The notes: generated from the letters alone by a model not told the origin. A DNA stretch of 64,000 nt from an uncultured Candidatus Rokubacteria bacterium (GCA_963708025.1 CAVPSB010000016.1:320001-384000), one strand, 5' to 3'. Counted from the stretch's first letter, positions 22,241 through 33,737 are shown. A program made the numbers and translations.

Positions 22241-24994
22241 ATGCGCATCGACGACATCCACGGGGCCGGCCGCGGCCGGGTCCATTCCCGACTGCTCCTC
22301 CTGGTCACCCTGCTCCTGGTCGCCGCAGTGGCGACGGCCACCGCCCAGGCCCCGGCTCCGGCACCTCCCCGCCCGGGTCCGGCGCTGACCGCCGGGATCA
22401 GCGAGACCGTCCTGCCCAACGGGCTCCGGGTGCTGACCAAGGAGGTGCGCAGCGCGCCCGTCGTGAGCTTCAGCGTGTGGTACAAGGTGGGCTCCCGCAA
22501 CGAGCACACCGGGATCACCGGGGTGTCGCACCTCCTCGAGCACATGCTGTTCAAGGGCACCCAGCGGTACCGGGTCGGGGAGATCCCCCGGACCCTGTTC
22601 CTCAACGGCGCCGCCTTCAACGCCAGCACCTACTACGACTGGACCAACTACTACGCGACGGTCGCCTCCGACCGCCTCGAGCTGGCCATGCAGATCGAGG
22701 CCGATCGGATGGTGAACAGCCGGATCGACAAGGCCGACCTCGACTCGGAGATGACGGTCGTCCGCAGCGAGCTGGAGGGCGGGGAGAACAGCCCGGGCCG
22801 GCTCCTGTGGCAGGCGGTGACCGCCACCGCGTTCATGGCCCATCCCTACCAGTGGCCCGTGATCGGCTGGCGGAGCGACGTGGAGAACGTGCCCCGTGAA
22901 CTGCTCTACCGCTACTACAAGACCCACTACGGCCCCAACAACGCCACGGCGGTGATCGTCGGCGACTTCGACACCCGGAAGGCGCTCGAGCTGGTCCGCA
23001 AGCACTTCGGCGCGCTCAAGCCCATCCCGGCGCCGGCGCCCGTGTACACGGTCGAGCCGCCCCAGCGCGGCGATCGGCGGGTGACCGTGGAACGGTCCGG
23101 CTCGCTCCCGATGGTGATGGTGGCCTACAAGGCGCCGGCGGCCAACCACCCGGACGCCTACGGGCTCGACGTGCTGGCCATGGTGCTCGGCGAGGGTCGC
23201 ACCAGCCGGCTCTACCAGGGGCTGGTCGAGAAGCAGATCGCCTCCAGCGCGGACGCCGGCATCCCGAGCCTCCGCGACCCCTTCCTCTTCTACGTGAGCG
23301 CCACCGCCCGGCCCGGGGTCACCCCCGACAAGGTGGAGGCGGCGCTGCTGGACGAGGTGGAGCGGGTCAAGACGACGCCGATCACCGCCGACGAGCTCGG
23401 CCGGGCCAAGAGCCGGGTCGAGGCGGAGTTCGTGTTCCAGGCCGACAGCGTGACGTCCCAGGCCCGCCAGATCGGGTACTGGGCGATGGTGGACGACTGG
23501 CGCTACCTGACGACCTACGTGGACCGCATCCGGGCGCTCACGCCGGACGACGTCCAGCGGATGGCCCAGAAATACCTGGTGGCGGACGGGCGGACCGTCG
23601 GCCACTTCATCCCGACCGCCGGCGGCGCGCCGGCCGGGGCGCCGCCCAAAGAGGGCTCGGCGCGGGTCGAGAAGGCCAAGCGGGGCGAGCGGCAGATCCC
23701 GCTCCCGAGCCCCTCGAAGACCCGCCCGGCCAGCCGGCACGTCACCCGGTTCAGGCTGGCGAACGGCCTCTCGGTCGTGGTCCAGGAGAACCCGGCGAAC
23801 GCGACCTTCGCCCTCCGCAGCACCATCCCGGCCGGCGGCATCGTCGAGCCGCGGGACAAGCCCGGGGTCGCGTCCCTCACCGCGTCGATGCTGAGCCGGG
23901 GCACCGAGAAGCGGAACGCCCTCGAGTTCGCCACCGCCCTCGAGAACGTGGGGGCCAGCCTCGGCGCCAGCGCCAACGCGCTGGCCACGATGGTCACGGC
24001 CCGGGCCCAGAGCAAGGACTTCGACCTCGTGATGGACCTGCTGGCCGAGATGCTGCGGCAGCCGACGTTCCCGGCCGACGACCTGGAGCGGCTGAAGGGC
24101 CGGGTGCTGGCCGGCCTGGCCCAGGAGAAGACCGACCCGGACCGCCTCGCCGGCCGCGCGTTCGAGCGCGCCGTGTACCCGCCCGGCCACCCGCTCCGGC
24201 CGGAGACGCTGGAGCAGGCGCAGCAGGCGATCACGGCCACGACCCGCGACGACATCGAGCGCTTCTATCGCCAGCAGTACGGGCCGGACCGGATGATCCT
24301 CGTGATCGCCGGCGACGTGAAGGCCGACCGCGTCCGGCAGGCGCTCGAGGCGCGACTCGGGGTCTGGCCCCGCAACCCCGATTCCACGCCCCTCTCGACC
24401 CCGGACGTCCCCCTCCAGGACAAGGCCGAGCGGATCGCGATCCAGGTCCCCGACCGGAGCCAGACGGCGATCGTCTGGGGCCACGCGGGCGGCCTCCGGC
24501 GGAGCGACCCGGACTTCTACGCGACCCAGATCTTCAACCTGGTCCTCGGGGGAGCGGGCGCGCTCAACAGCCGGCTCGGCAACGTCATCCGGGACGACAT
24601 GGGCCTCGCCTACACCGTGTACAGCTTCTACGACGCCAACCTCTACCCCGGGCCGTTCGAGATCGTGCTGGGCACGAACCCCGCCAACGCCCAGAAGGCG
24701 ATCGACGCCATGCTGGCGGAGGCCAAGCGGATCCGGGACAAGGGCATCACCGAGCGCGAGCGTGCCGAGGCAGTGGCGTATCTGACCGGACGGTTCCCGC
24801 TCCGGCTCGAGACCAACGCCGGCGTGGCCGACATCCTGTGGACGATGGAGTTCTACACCCTCGGCCCCGACTACATCGACCGGTACGCCGACTACTACCG
24901 CGCCGTCACCGTCGCCCAGGTCAACGAGGCGGTCCGCCGGCACCTCCATCCCGATCGCGCCACCCTGGTGCTCGCCGGGACGCTGCCCGAGTAG
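22241..24994 (+). CDS. M16 (pitrilysin-family) zinc protease, fused two-half form, exported
   Basis: VGSRNE..GVSHLLEHMLFKGT inverted HxxEH motif; second half lacks it; signal peptide. Confidence 0.93.
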   Translation: MRIDDIHGAGRGRVHSRLLLLVTLLLVAAVATATAQAPAPAPPRPGPALTAGISETVLPNGLRVLTKEVRSAPVVSFSVWYKVGSRNEHTGITGVSHLLEHMLFKGTQRYRVGEIPRTLFLNGAAFNASTYYDWTNYYATVASDRLELAMQIEADRMVNSRIDKADLDSEMTVVRSELEGGENSPGRLLWQAVTATAFMAHPYQWPVIGWRSDVENVPRELLYRYYKTHYGPNNATAVIVGDFDTRKALELVRKHFGALKPIPAPAPVYTVEPPQRGDRRVTVERSGSLPMVMVAYKAPAANHPDAYGLDVLAMVLGEGRTSRLYQGLVEKQIASSADAGIPSLRDPFLFYVSATARPGVTPDKVEAALLDEVERVKTTPITADELGRAKSRVEAEFVFQADSVTSQARQIGYWAMVDDWRYLTTYVDRIRALTPDDVQRMAQKYLVADGRTVGHFIPTAGGAPAGAPPKEGSARVEKAKRGERQIPLPSPSKTRPASRHVTRFRLANGLSVVVQENPANATFALRSTIPAGGIVEPRDKPGVASLTASMLSRGTEKRNALEFATALENVGASLGASANALATMVTARAQSKDFDLVMDLLAEMLRQPTFPADDLERLKGRVLAGLAQEKTDPDRLAGRAFERAVYPPGHPLRPETLEQAQQAITATTRDDIERFYRQQYGPDRMILVIAGDVKADRVRQALEARLGVWPRNPDSTPLSTPDVPLQDKAERIAIQVPDRSQTAIVWGHAGGLRRSDPDFYATQIFNLVLGGAGALNSRLGNVIRDDMGLAYTVYSFYDANLYPGPFEIVLGTNPANAQKAIDAMLAEAKRIRDKGITERERAEAVAYLTGRFPLRLETNAGVADILWTMEFYTLGPDYIDRYADYYRAVTVAQVNEAVRRHLHPDRATLVLAGTLPE

Positions 24995-25090
24995 CGGGCA
25001 GGGCCGATGAGCGTCGCATCGCGTCGTCTGCGGTCGGCGACTCCCTGCGTCCTAGCGCTGCTCGCTCCTCGGCCCTGCCCGACAGCGTGA
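24992..25090. repeat. Intergenic element family A, copy 2 (short form)
   Basis: Ends GGGCAGGGCCGA / TCGGCCCTGCCC; starts at the TAG stop of the M16 gene. Confidence 0.85.
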
Positions 25091-25123
25091 CTCACTATCA
25101 GGGTTTTGAGCGGCCCAAGCAGG

Positions 25124-25603
25124 CTAAGGGGTGACCGGGAAGAAGCGCCCGCGCCCGGTCGCCAGGAGCCGCTCCGATCCGAGCTCGACGAGCCGCGCCT
25201 CCACGTCGACGTAGCGGCCGTGATCGGCGACCAGCCGGCCGAGCCCGAGGAGCGGGGTGGCGATGGGCACCGGCTGGACGAAGCGGACCGTCAGCTCGCC
25301 GGTCACCGCGACGCGGCCCGTGGCCCGGACGACGGCGCCGGCCAAGACCTCGTCGAGGTAGGCGGCCACGATGCCGCCGTGGGCCACGCCGGGGGGTCCC
25401 GCGTATTCGGGCGCGATCACGATCGGCGCCGCCACCCCCTCCGCCGTCCGGAAGCACCGGACGCGGAGGCCGGCCGGATGCCCCGGTCCGCAGCCGAAAC
25501 AGCGGTGGAAGAGGTCCCCTGCCACCGGCTGCTCCTCGAGCGCCGCGAAGTAGGCGCCGAAGGCTTCGGGAATCCGGGCGGGCTCGGGCATTCCCCCTGC
25601 CAT
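25124..25603 (-). CDS. PaaI-family hot-dog thioesterase
   Basis: CFGCG..GL, GPPGVAHGGIVAAYLDE. Confidence 0.88.
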   Translation of the reverse strand: MAGGMPEPARIPEAFGAYFAALEEQPVAGDLFHRCFGCGPGHPAGLRVRCFRTAEGVAAPIVIAPEYAGPPGVAHGGIVAAYLDEVLAGAVVRATGRVAVTGELTVRFVQPVPIATPLLGLGRLVADHGRYVDVEARLVELGSERLLATGRGRFFPVTP

Positions 25604-26070
25604 ACGCCGGTCAGGGACGGCTCGTCAAGGGCCGTCGCTCCGCCGGCCACCGGGGCCCACGATCGGCAGTCGGTCGTCGGGAAGGCTCGCCCCGCCGACA
25701 TGCTACGCTGCCGTCATGACACAGCGGTTCGCCATCGTACGTCCTCGGCACCGAGCCTGGTGGTCTTCCCGGGGCGGGTAGCCGGCGAAGGGCGGCCAGT
25801 ACGATGGAGAGCACTCGTACGAGGGCTCGCAATGTCTGGCGTCGATCACGCCCGACCTGGTCTCGGCCGGCGATCCGGAGCTCGCCCGGGAGGTGGCTCT
25901 GTCGATCACCAACCCGAGGATCCGGCGGAAGGCGCTGATCAGGATGGAGCGGGCCACCGGGGGGCGAGGACCGGCGGGAGGCGGCTCCCCCTCCTGACCC
26001 CCGGCCGGCAGGCGTCAGAGGGGGCTGCACGGCAAACTGGCCGATCGCGAACGTTGCGTCCCGGTCCTCA

Positions 26071-27993
26071 GTGGTCTACCCTTCCCCTTTGAGTATGTGG
26101 CGACGTAGCCGGATCGGCCTCCTCCTGATCCTCGCGGCCGTCCTGCCCCGGCCGGGTGTCGCGGCCGACGCGCCTCCCGAGGTCCCTTCGCTGGCCGCCC
26201 GGGTGGCCGCCGGCGAGCTGCCCCCCCTGGCCCGCCGTCTCCCCGAGCGGCCGCTCGTCGTCCAGACGGAGACGGAGGCGACTTACGGGGGCGAACTGCG
26301 GACGCTGATCGGCACCCCCAAGGACTGGAAGCTGGCCTTCGTCTACGGATACGCGCGCCTGGTTCGATTCGACACGGACTATCAGATCGTTCCCGACATC
26401 GCCGAGCGCTTCGAGGTCAAGGACGGGGGCCGGAGCTTCACGTTCTACCTGCGAAAGGGCCACCGCTGGTCGGACGGCGCCCCGTTCACGAGTGCCGACT
26501 TCGCCTACTGGTGGAAGCACGTGGCCCACGAAGAGGAGTTGTCGCCGGGAGGCCCCCCGACCCTCCTTCTCGTCGACGGCGAGGAGCCGACCGTCGAGTT
26601 TCCCGATGCGTGGACGGTGCGGTTCCGCTGGTCGAAGCCCAACAACCTCTTCCTGCTCGATCAGGCGGGCGCCTACCCGACCCTGCTCTACCGGCCGGCC
26701 CACTACCTCAAGCAGTTCCACAAGGCCTTCACCGATCCGGAGAAGCTCAAGAAGATGGCGAAGGCCGAGCGGCGTCGGAACTGGGCGGCACTCCACAACA
26801 AGCGCGACGCGCTGTACGTGATGGACAACCCGGAGATGCCGACGCTCCAGCCGTGGCGGCCGTCGGTGGCGCCGCCCGCCGACGTCGCCCCCGCCCAGCG
26901 GAATCCCTACTTCCACCGGGTGGACCAGCGTGGCCGCCAGCTCCCCTACATCGACCGTCTGGTGCTGGTGCTGGCCGACCGGGCCGTGATCTCGGTCAAG
27001 GCGTCAACCGGCGAGGCCGACCTCCAGGCGCGCTATCTCTCCTTCGACCAGGTCTCGTTCCTCAAGCGGAACGAAAAGAGCGCCGGCTACCGGGTCCACC
27101 TGTGGTCCACCGCCTCGAGCTGCTCGGTCTGTCTCTACCCCAACCTCACGACGGCCGACCCGGTGATGCGGGAGCTCCTCCTGGACCGGCGCTTCCGGCG
27201 CGCGCTGTCGCTGGCCATCGACCGCGACGAGATCAACAAGATCCTCTTCTTCGGGCTGGGTGTCATCGGGCAGAACTCGGTCCTCCGGAGTCCCGCCACC
27301 CAGGAGGACCCGCGGATGGCCTTCGCGAGGTTCGACCCGGCCCAGGCCAATCGGCTGCTCGACGAGATGGGGCTGAGAAGTCGCGACTCGAGAGGCTTCC
27401 GGCTCCGCCCCGACGGCAAGCGCCTGGACATCATCGTCGAGACCAGCGGCGAGTCCACCGAGGAAGTCGACGTGCTGGAGCTGATCGCCGACACCTGGAA
27501 GCAGATCGGCATCGAGCTCCTGATCCGCCCGAGCCAGCGCGAGGTCTTTCGCCGCCGGGTGTCATCGGGCGAGGCGGTCATGAGCGTGAGCCACAGTGAC
27601 CTCTTCGGGCTGCCCACCCCCGACATGAGCCCCATCGAGCTGGCCCCGGTGAACTCCATCCACCTCCAGTGGTCCCAGTGGGGGCTCTGGTACGAGACGA
27701 AGGGCAAGAGCGGGGAGGAGCCGCCGCCGGCCGCGCGCCGGCTGGTCACCCTCTACGACCGCTGGCTCCACTCGACGGATCGGGACGAGCGGGCCCGGGT
27801 GTGGGGGGAGATGCTCGACATCAGCGCCGAGGAGCTCTTCACCATCGGCATCCTCGGCGGGACGCTCCAGCCCGTGGTCGTGAAGACCGGTCTCCGGGGC
27901 GTGCCCGAGAACGGGGTCTACGCCTGGGACCCCGGCGCCCACTTCGGGGTCTACAGCCCGGACACGTTCTACTGGCAGGGCGGCCGCCGCTAA
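26071..27993 (+). CDS. ABC transporter substrate-binding protein, family 5; start uncertain (26071 or 26095)
   Basis: GELPPLARRLPERP, LRKGHRWSDGAPFTSAD, RNPYFHRVD..QLPYID. Confidence 0.9.
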   Translation: MVYPSPLSMWRRSRIGLLLILAAVLPRPGVAADAPPEVPSLAARVAAGELPPLARRLPERPLVVQTETEATYGGELRTLIGTPKDWKLAFVYGYARLVRFDTDYQIVPDIAERFEVKDGGRSFTFYLRKGHRWSDGAPFTSADFAYWWKHVAHEEELSPGGPPTLLLVDGEEPTVEFPDAWTVRFRWSKPNNLFLLDQAGAYPTLLYRPAHYLKQFHKAFTDPEKLKKMAKAERRRNWAALHNKRDALYVMDNPEMPTLQPWRPSVAPPADVAPAQRNPYFHRVDQRGRQLPYIDRLVLVLADRAVISVKASTGEADLQARYLSFDQVSFLKRNEKSAGYRVHLWSTASSCSVCLYPNLTTADPVMRELLLDRRFRRALSLAIDRDEINKILFFGLGVIGQNSVLRSPATQEDPRMAFARFDPAQANRLLDEMGLRSRDSRGFRLRPDGKRLDIIVETSGESTEEVDVLELIADTWKQIGIELLIRPSQREVFRRRVSSGEAVMSVSHSDLFGLPTPDMSPIELAPVNSIHLQWSQWGLWYETKGKSGEEPPPAARRLVTLYDRWLHSTDRDERARVWGEMLDISAEELFTIGILGGTLQPVVVKTGLRGVPENGVYAWDPGAHFGVYSPDTFYWQGGRR

Positions 27994-28186
27994 CGGGCGG
28001 GGCCGATGAGCGTCGCAACGTTCATCTCGGCCCTCCGCCTACGGCCTCGCGTCCGTCCCGACCTATGGTCGTCCTCGGTCGTCGCCGATCCTCGGCGTAC
28101 TCGGAGTACGCCTCCGGTCGGCGACTCCCTGCGTCCTTCGGACGGCCTTCGGCCTCTGGGCGCTGCTCGCTCCTCGGCCCCGCCCC
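27991..28186. repeat. Intergenic element family A, copy 3
   Basis: TAACGGGCGGGGCCGA...TCGGCCCCGCCC; starts at the TAA stop; internal GGCGTACT-CGG-AGTACGCC hairpin. Confidence 0.85.
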
Positions 28187-28226
28187 CAAGAACAAACCGA
28201 CGCTGGATAGGGGCCGCTGCCGGGGG

Positions 28227-28817
28227 TCAGTTCTTGCGGTGCCCCAGGACCTTGGGCGGGAGGGGGGCCAGCTTGCCGGTCTCGCCCGGTCCGATCCAGC
28301 GGACCACGAGCGTGGCGGTGTAGCGCTTCTGGAAGTACATGATCGTGATGGGGTACCAGCCCGGCTTGTCGATCTTCAGGTCGATGCGGTCCGACGTCGT
28401 GTCGGAATGCACGCCGGGATCCTCGTGGACGAGCTGGCCGCCGATCTCCACCCGCACGCCGTCGTTCGAGGTGACGTCGAGGCCGTAGGTCCCCGCCTTC
28501 TCGAAGAGGACGAAGCCGGTGATGAGGGCGCCCACGCCTTCCCGGGTCTTGCTGGTCAGGACGGTGCCGTTCCCCATGCGCCAGTCGAGGTGGGTCAGCG
28601 GCGGCCCGCTCTCGAACTTACGGCCCTTCATCTGGTTGACGTAGTTCATGATGGCGTAGGTGTACTGCACGGTCAGGCCGGGCGTGAGCTGCTGAGCCGT
28701 GGGCTGCGGCTCGGCCGGCTTCAGGCCGGTGATCGTCTCGGCCCGGGCCGCCGGCCCAAGCCCCACCGTGACGGCGACGACGGTCCCGACGACACCGTGC
28801 AACAGACTCGTCCTCAT
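28227..28817 (-). CDS. Exported PA14-domain protein
   Basis: Signal peptide ARA-E; ITGFV..GTY..SNDGVRVEIGG..GWYPI..YFQ. Confidence 0.8.
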   Translation of the reverse strand: MRTSLLHGVVGTVVAVTVGLGPAARAETITGLKPAEPQPTAQQLTPGLTVQYTYAIMNYVNQMKGRKFESGPPLTHLDWRMGNGTVLTSKTREGVGALITGFVLFEKAGTYGLDVTSNDGVRVEIGGQLVHEDPGVHSDTTSDRIDLKIDKPGWYPITIMYFQKRYTATLVVRWIGPGETGKLAPLPPKVLGHRKN

Positions 28818-29034
28818 GGGCTGTCTCCCTCCTCCAAGAGTGTCGAACGCCCCGCCCGAATGGTAGGACAGGGTGCCCCGCCCGCGCAACCCGGTCGTCG
28901 ACCCCCCGCGGCGACCGCCGACCTCCTCGTGCCAGGAGCTCTACCGCGCGGGTCCCATCGCCGACGCGTTCTCTCGAGGCCTGTGACGGATGGTCGGTGG
29001 CTGCCATTCCACGAGCGGGTGAGGGACGGGAAGG

Positions 29035-30279
29035 TCAGGCCCGCTTGCCGTCCAGCTCCTCGATGGTCGCCGTCGAGGGGGGCCGGCGGGCCCGGAGACG
29101 GCGCGCCACCCCCTCCGCCCGACGGAAGGCCCGCAGGAGGTTGCCGCCCGCCAGCCTGGCCAGGTCGGCCTCGCGCCAGCCGCGGCGGATCAGCTCGGCG
29201 AAGAGGTACGGGTAGCGGGAGACGTCTTCCAGACCGACCGGCCACTCCTCGTTGCCGTCGTAGTCGCCGCCGATCCCGATGTGCTCCACGCCGGCCACCT
29301 GGCGCGCGTGCTCGACGTGATCCGCCACCTGGGCGACCGTGGCCCTCGGCAGGGGGTGGGCGGCGAAGAACTCCCGCTCGCGGCGCCGCCGCTCCGCGCG
29401 GTCGGTGACCCCCGCGATGAGCGGGTTGACCTCCTTCTTGGCGGCGGTATAGGCGGTGGCCACCTCCTGGGAGACGAAGGGGCCCACGAAGGTGATCATC
29501 ACGACCCCGCCGTTGTCGCGGAGCCGCTCCAGGATGGAGTCGGGGACGTCCCGCGGCACGTCGGTGAGCGCCCGGCAGGACGAGTGGGAGAAGATCACCG
29601 GGGCCTCGGACACCCGGAGGGCGTGCGCCATGACGGCCGGCGAGACGTGGGCGAGGTCGACCAGCATCCCGAGCCGGTTCATCTCCCGGACGACCTCTTC
29701 CCCGAACCGCGTGAGGCCGCCGTGGCGGGGCGCGTCGTTGGCGGCGTCGGCCCAGTCGTGGGTGACGTTGTGGGTGAGCGTCATGTAACGCGCCCCGAGG
29801 TCGTAGTAGGCGCGCAGCGCCCCGAGCGAGTTCTCGATCGCGTGCCCGCCCTCCAGCCCCAGGAGCGAGGCGATCCGCCGGCGCCGGATCGCCCGGACCA
29901 CGTCGCCCGCGGTCAGGCACAGCACCAGCTCCGGGTAGCGGGCGATCACCCGGCGGGCGATGTCGATCTGCTCGAGCTGGAGGCGGGCGAAGCCCTCGGC
30001 CTTCGCGTCCCCCGGGATGTAGACCGACCAGAACTGTCCCCCGACCCCGCCCTCCCGCAGCCGGGCCAGGTCGGTATCCCCCGGCGTCCGGGAGCGCAGA
30101 TCGTAGGCCCCGACGTCCCGCGGGCTCTTCGGGTCGTTCCGGATGGTCCAGGCCAGGTCGTTGTGGCCGTCGATCACCGGGTGCTTCGCCAGCAGCCGGC
30201 GCGCGCGGCGGAGCGCCCGGTCCCCGTCCAGGGTCTTCGTCCGCGGCGCGCCGCGTGATGCCGTTCGGCCTCGCTTCAT
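29035..30279 (-). CDS. Membrane dipeptidase (M19)
   Basis: IDGHNDL, EGGHAIENS, YMTLTHN, DLAHVS, FSHS, GIGGDYDG. Confidence 0.93.
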   Translation of the reverse strand: MKRGRTASRGAPRTKTLDGDRALRRARRLLAKHPVIDGHNDLAWTIRNDPKSPRDVGAYDLRSRTPGDTDLARLREGGVGGQFWSVYIPGDAKAEGFARLQLEQIDIARRVIARYPELVLCLTAGDVVRAIRRRRIASLLGLEGGHAIENSLGALRAYYDLGARYMTLTHNVTHDWADAANDAPRHGGLTRFGEEVVREMNRLGMLVDLAHVSPAVMAHALRVSEAPVIFSHSSCRALTDVPRDVPDSILERLRDNGGVVMITFVGPFVSQEVATAYTAAKKEVNPLIAGVTDRAERRRREREFFAAHPLPRATVAQVADHVEHARQVAGVEHIGIGGDYDGNEEWPVGLEDVSRYPYLFAELIRRGWREADLARLAGGNLLRAFRRAEGVARRLRARRPPSTATIEELDGKRA

Positions 30280-30636
30280 GGGATCCGCCTCTCGCTCCGG
30301 CCCGGTCGGGTGATCGCGTCGAGTGGCCGGCGGCGCCCGACCCGCCCGGCCTCACGGCCTCCGACTACACCACGTCCCGCCTCGGCGGCGCAAGCGGCCC
30401 CGCCGCCCGGCCACCCGGCCCGCCTCTCGACGCGGGCCGCGACCGGCGCGGCGCGGCTGTCGGTCGTGTGGGCCGTGCGTATAATCGCCGGACAGCCCCA
30501 GGCGCCTTCCACCGGACCGGCGGGCCGCGTTCCAGCGAGGGCGGCGCCACCCCGGGGCCGGCCCCGCCGCCGGACGCCAAAGAACGGGATGCCGCCCGGC
30601 CCAGTCCGGGTGAGCCGGAGGCCCAGCGTGTCCACG

Positions 30637-31077
30637 ATGCGGATGCTGGCCTGTCTGATCGCGGCGTTCCTGATTCCAGCCCTGCTCTTCTCGTCGTGCG
30701 GCCCCGGGGGCGGCTGCGACGAGGGCGCGGACGTGTCCGCCCAGGCCACGGTGGAATCGTCTCGACTCGTGAGTGACTCGCAGGGGCTCTGCCGGATCGA
30801 GGGCACCGTCTTCAACGACGCCGGAATCGATGCCCATGTCGAGATCCAGTTCCGCGCCTTCGAGACCGGCGGCCGCCCGACCCGCGATCCGGTCGCCGGC
30901 ATCTTCGGAGGGCTGCTGGTTCCCACTCACTCGAGGGCCAGGTACTCGACCGGCGCCATCTCTCGGGCCGGAAGCGATCCCGCCACGTTCCTGAGCTGCT
31001 CGGAGATCGCCGGGTTCGAGCTCGTGAGGGTCAAGGCCACGGAGAACGCGTGCGGCCCTCGGACCGGCCTTCCCTGA
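30637..31077 (+). CDS. Hypothetical Cys-rich lipoprotein
   Basis: Hydrophobic leader ending LFSSC; four further Cys; GC3-rich codons. Confidence 0.55.
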   Translation: MRMLACLIAAFLIPALLFSSCGPGGGCDEGADVSAQATVESSRLVSDSQGLCRIEGTVFNDAGIDAHVEIQFRAFETGGRPTRDPVAGIFGGLLVPTHSRARYSTGAISRAGSDPATFLSCSEIAGFELVRVKATENACGPRTGLP

Positions 31078-31259
31078 GGTCGGCCCGACGGGAGCCATCG
31101 CCGGGCGGGTGCCCGCGTGAGACGCGCGCGCGCCGCTCCCCGCGGCATCGCGGCGCTGCGGGCCGCTTCTGGCGCGTTCCGTCACCCGTGTCCCGAGGGA
31201 ACCCCACCCCCGAGGGAGTGCTTGACCTCGGCGCAGCCGCCGGGCTAGCCTGTCCCGTC

Positions 31260-32934
31260 ATGGCTCGACCCCGGATCGACGACGGCGCCTGGAGCCTGGC
31301 CGCCACCGGCCAGTGGCGGCCCGAGCGGAAGCCCGAGGCCTTCGGGCTCCGCGGCATGGTCGCCTCGGCCCACCCGGTGGCCGCCCTCGTGGGGGCGACC
31401 GTCCTCGAGGCGGGAGGCAACGCCTTCGACGCCGCCATCGCGGTGGCGGCCGCCGAGGGCGTGGTGCTCCCGATGATGTGCGGCCTCGGGGGCGACGCCT
31501 TCGTCGTCCTCCACGACGCGCGGCGCCGCGAGCTGGTCGCCTTCAACGGGAGCGGCGTCGCCGCCGCCGGCGCCACCGCGGAGTACTACACGAGCCGGGG
31601 CTTCCGCACGATGCCGCTGGACGGGGTCCACGCCGTCGGCGTGCCGGGGGCGGTCTCGGTCTACGAGGCGATCTGGAAGCGGTACGGCACGCGTCCCTGG
31701 GCCGAGCTGTGGGCCCCGGCGATCCGGCTCGCCGAGGACGGGGTGGTGATCACCGAGCACGTCAGCCGCCGGTTCGCCGAACGGGCCGAGCTGCTGGCCC
31801 GCCACCCGCTGGCGGCGCGGCAGTTCCTGCCGAACGGCGGGCCGCCCGCGGCGGGCCAGCGGTGGGCGGCGCCCAACCTGGGCAAGAGCCTGCGGATCGT
31901 CGCCCAGGGCGGCGCCGACGCCTTCTACCGGGGCGAGCTCGCCGAGCGCGTGGTCACGTTCCTGCGCGGGGAGGGCGCGCTGTTTGCCCCCGAGGACTTC
32001 GCCGGCCAGGAGGCCCAGGTCGTCCCGCCGATCGCGACGGACTACCGCGGCGTCACCGTGTACGAGACGCCCCCCGTCTCGCAGGGCTTCCTGCTCCTCG
32101 CGCAGCTCAACCTCCTCGAAGGCTTCGACCTCGCGGCCCTCCCGCCCCTGGGGCCCGATCGGATCCACCTCACCGTCGAGGCCAAGAAGCTCGCCTTCGC
32201 CGACCGCAACCGCCACGCCGGTGATCCCGCGTTCGTGCGCTGGCCGCTGGCCGAGCTGATCTCGAAGCCGCACGCCGCCCGCCGTCGCGCCGCGATCGAC
32301 CTCCACCAGGCCCGGCTGCCCGACGGGGCGGCCGTCGGCGGAGCACGGCGGCGACACCAGCTACTTCGCGGTGGCCGACGGCGAGGGCAACGCCGTGTCC
32401 TTCATCCACAGCCTGTCCGCCTCGTTCGGCTCGGGGGTCGTCGCCGGCGAGACCGGCATCACCCTGAACAACCGCGCCGGGCGGGGCTTCCGGCTGGACC
32501 CCGGCCACCCGAACGTCATCGCGCCCGGCAAGCGGACGATGCACACCCTCAATGCCTACCTCGTCTGCCGGGACGGCCGGCCCTGGCTCGTGGGCGGGAC
32601 CCCCGGCGGCGACCAGCAGACGCAGTGGAACGTCCAGACGCTCACGAACATCCTGGACCACGCGATGTCCCTGCAGGACGCCATCGAGGCGCCCCGCTGG
32701 CACAGCTTCCCCGGCAGCGACCCCGCCAACCTGGCCCAGCCCATGACGCTCCGGCTCGAGGGCCGCGTCCCCGAGGCGACCCGGCAGGCGCTGGCCGAGC
32801 GGGGGCACGCGGTGGAGGTGCTGGGGCCCTGGAGCGGCGGGGGCACGGTCCAGCTCGTCCAGCTCGACCCGGCGACCGGCGTCCTCCGGGGTGCCAGCGA
32901 CCCCCGCGCCGGCGGTCTCGCCCTCGGGCTGTAG
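31260..32934 (+). CDS. ggt: Gamma-glutamyltransferase family, frameshift near 32340
   Basis: GGNAFDAAIA, GLGGDAF, VGVPG; after the shift GDTSYF nucleophile, LNNR, PGKRTMHTL, GTPGGD, GASDPR. Confidence 0.9.
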
Positions 32935-33061
32935 GCGCCCCGCGCGCCTCGCCCCGCCCTCGCTCCCCCGCGCCACGATGTTCGGCGGGAATCGACCGGC
33001 CCGTGCCGTACAATGATCGGGCGAGCCGACTCACACTCCGAACTCGAAAGGACGCTCACGG

Positions 33062-33737
33062 ATGCGCAAACCCTTGCTGGCTTCGATCGTCCTGATCCTG
33101 GCCGGCGCCAGCCTCTGCTCCGGCGCCGCGCCCGAGCTCAAGACCGAGGAGCAGAAGACCCTCTACGCCATCGGCCTGGCGCTTCTCGAACGGCCTGGCC
33201 GGCTTCGGCCTCAGCGAGGCCGAGCTGGAGATCGTCAAGGCTGGCCTCACCGACGGCGTCATGAACCGGGAGAAGAAGGTCGACCTCCAGGCCTACGGGC
33301 CCAAGATCCAGGAGATGCAGCGGACGCGGTCCGCCGCGCTGGCCGTGGCCGAGAAGAAGACGGGGCAGGCGTTCCTCGACAAGGCGGCGGCGGAGAAGGG
33401 GGCGACCAAGACGGCGTCGGGGCTGGTCGTCACCACGCTCAAGGCCGGGACCGGACCGGCGCCCAAGGCCACCGACACGGTCAAGGTCCACTACCACGGC
33501 ACCCTCATCGACGGCACCGTCTTCGACAGCTCCGTCCAGCGGGGCCAGCCGGCGACGTTCCCGCTGAACCAGGTGATCAAGTGCTGGACGGAGGGCGTCC
33601 AGCTCATGAAGGTCGGCGGCAAGAGCCGGCTGGTCTGCCCGGCCGACATCGCGTACGGCGAGCGCGGGTCACCGCCCAAGATCAAGCCCGGGGCGACTCT
33701 CGTCTTCGAGGTGGAGCTGCTCGAGATCGCGAAGTGA
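33062..33737 (+). CDS. FKBP-type peptidyl-prolyl isomerase (FkpA/Mip-like), frameshift near 33185
   Basis: Signal peptide, YAIG, VKVHYHGTLIDGTVFDSS, FEVELL. Confidence 0.9.

Noticed and set aside
25779-25781. Pyrrolysine or amber readthrough at the in-frame TAG
   Set aside because: No pyl genes in the window, TAG is an ordinary stop in neighbouring genes, and an error or decay is simpler
28976-29020. GAGGCCTGTGACGGATGG as another family B left end
   Set aside because: Similarity is short and the conserved right end is absent
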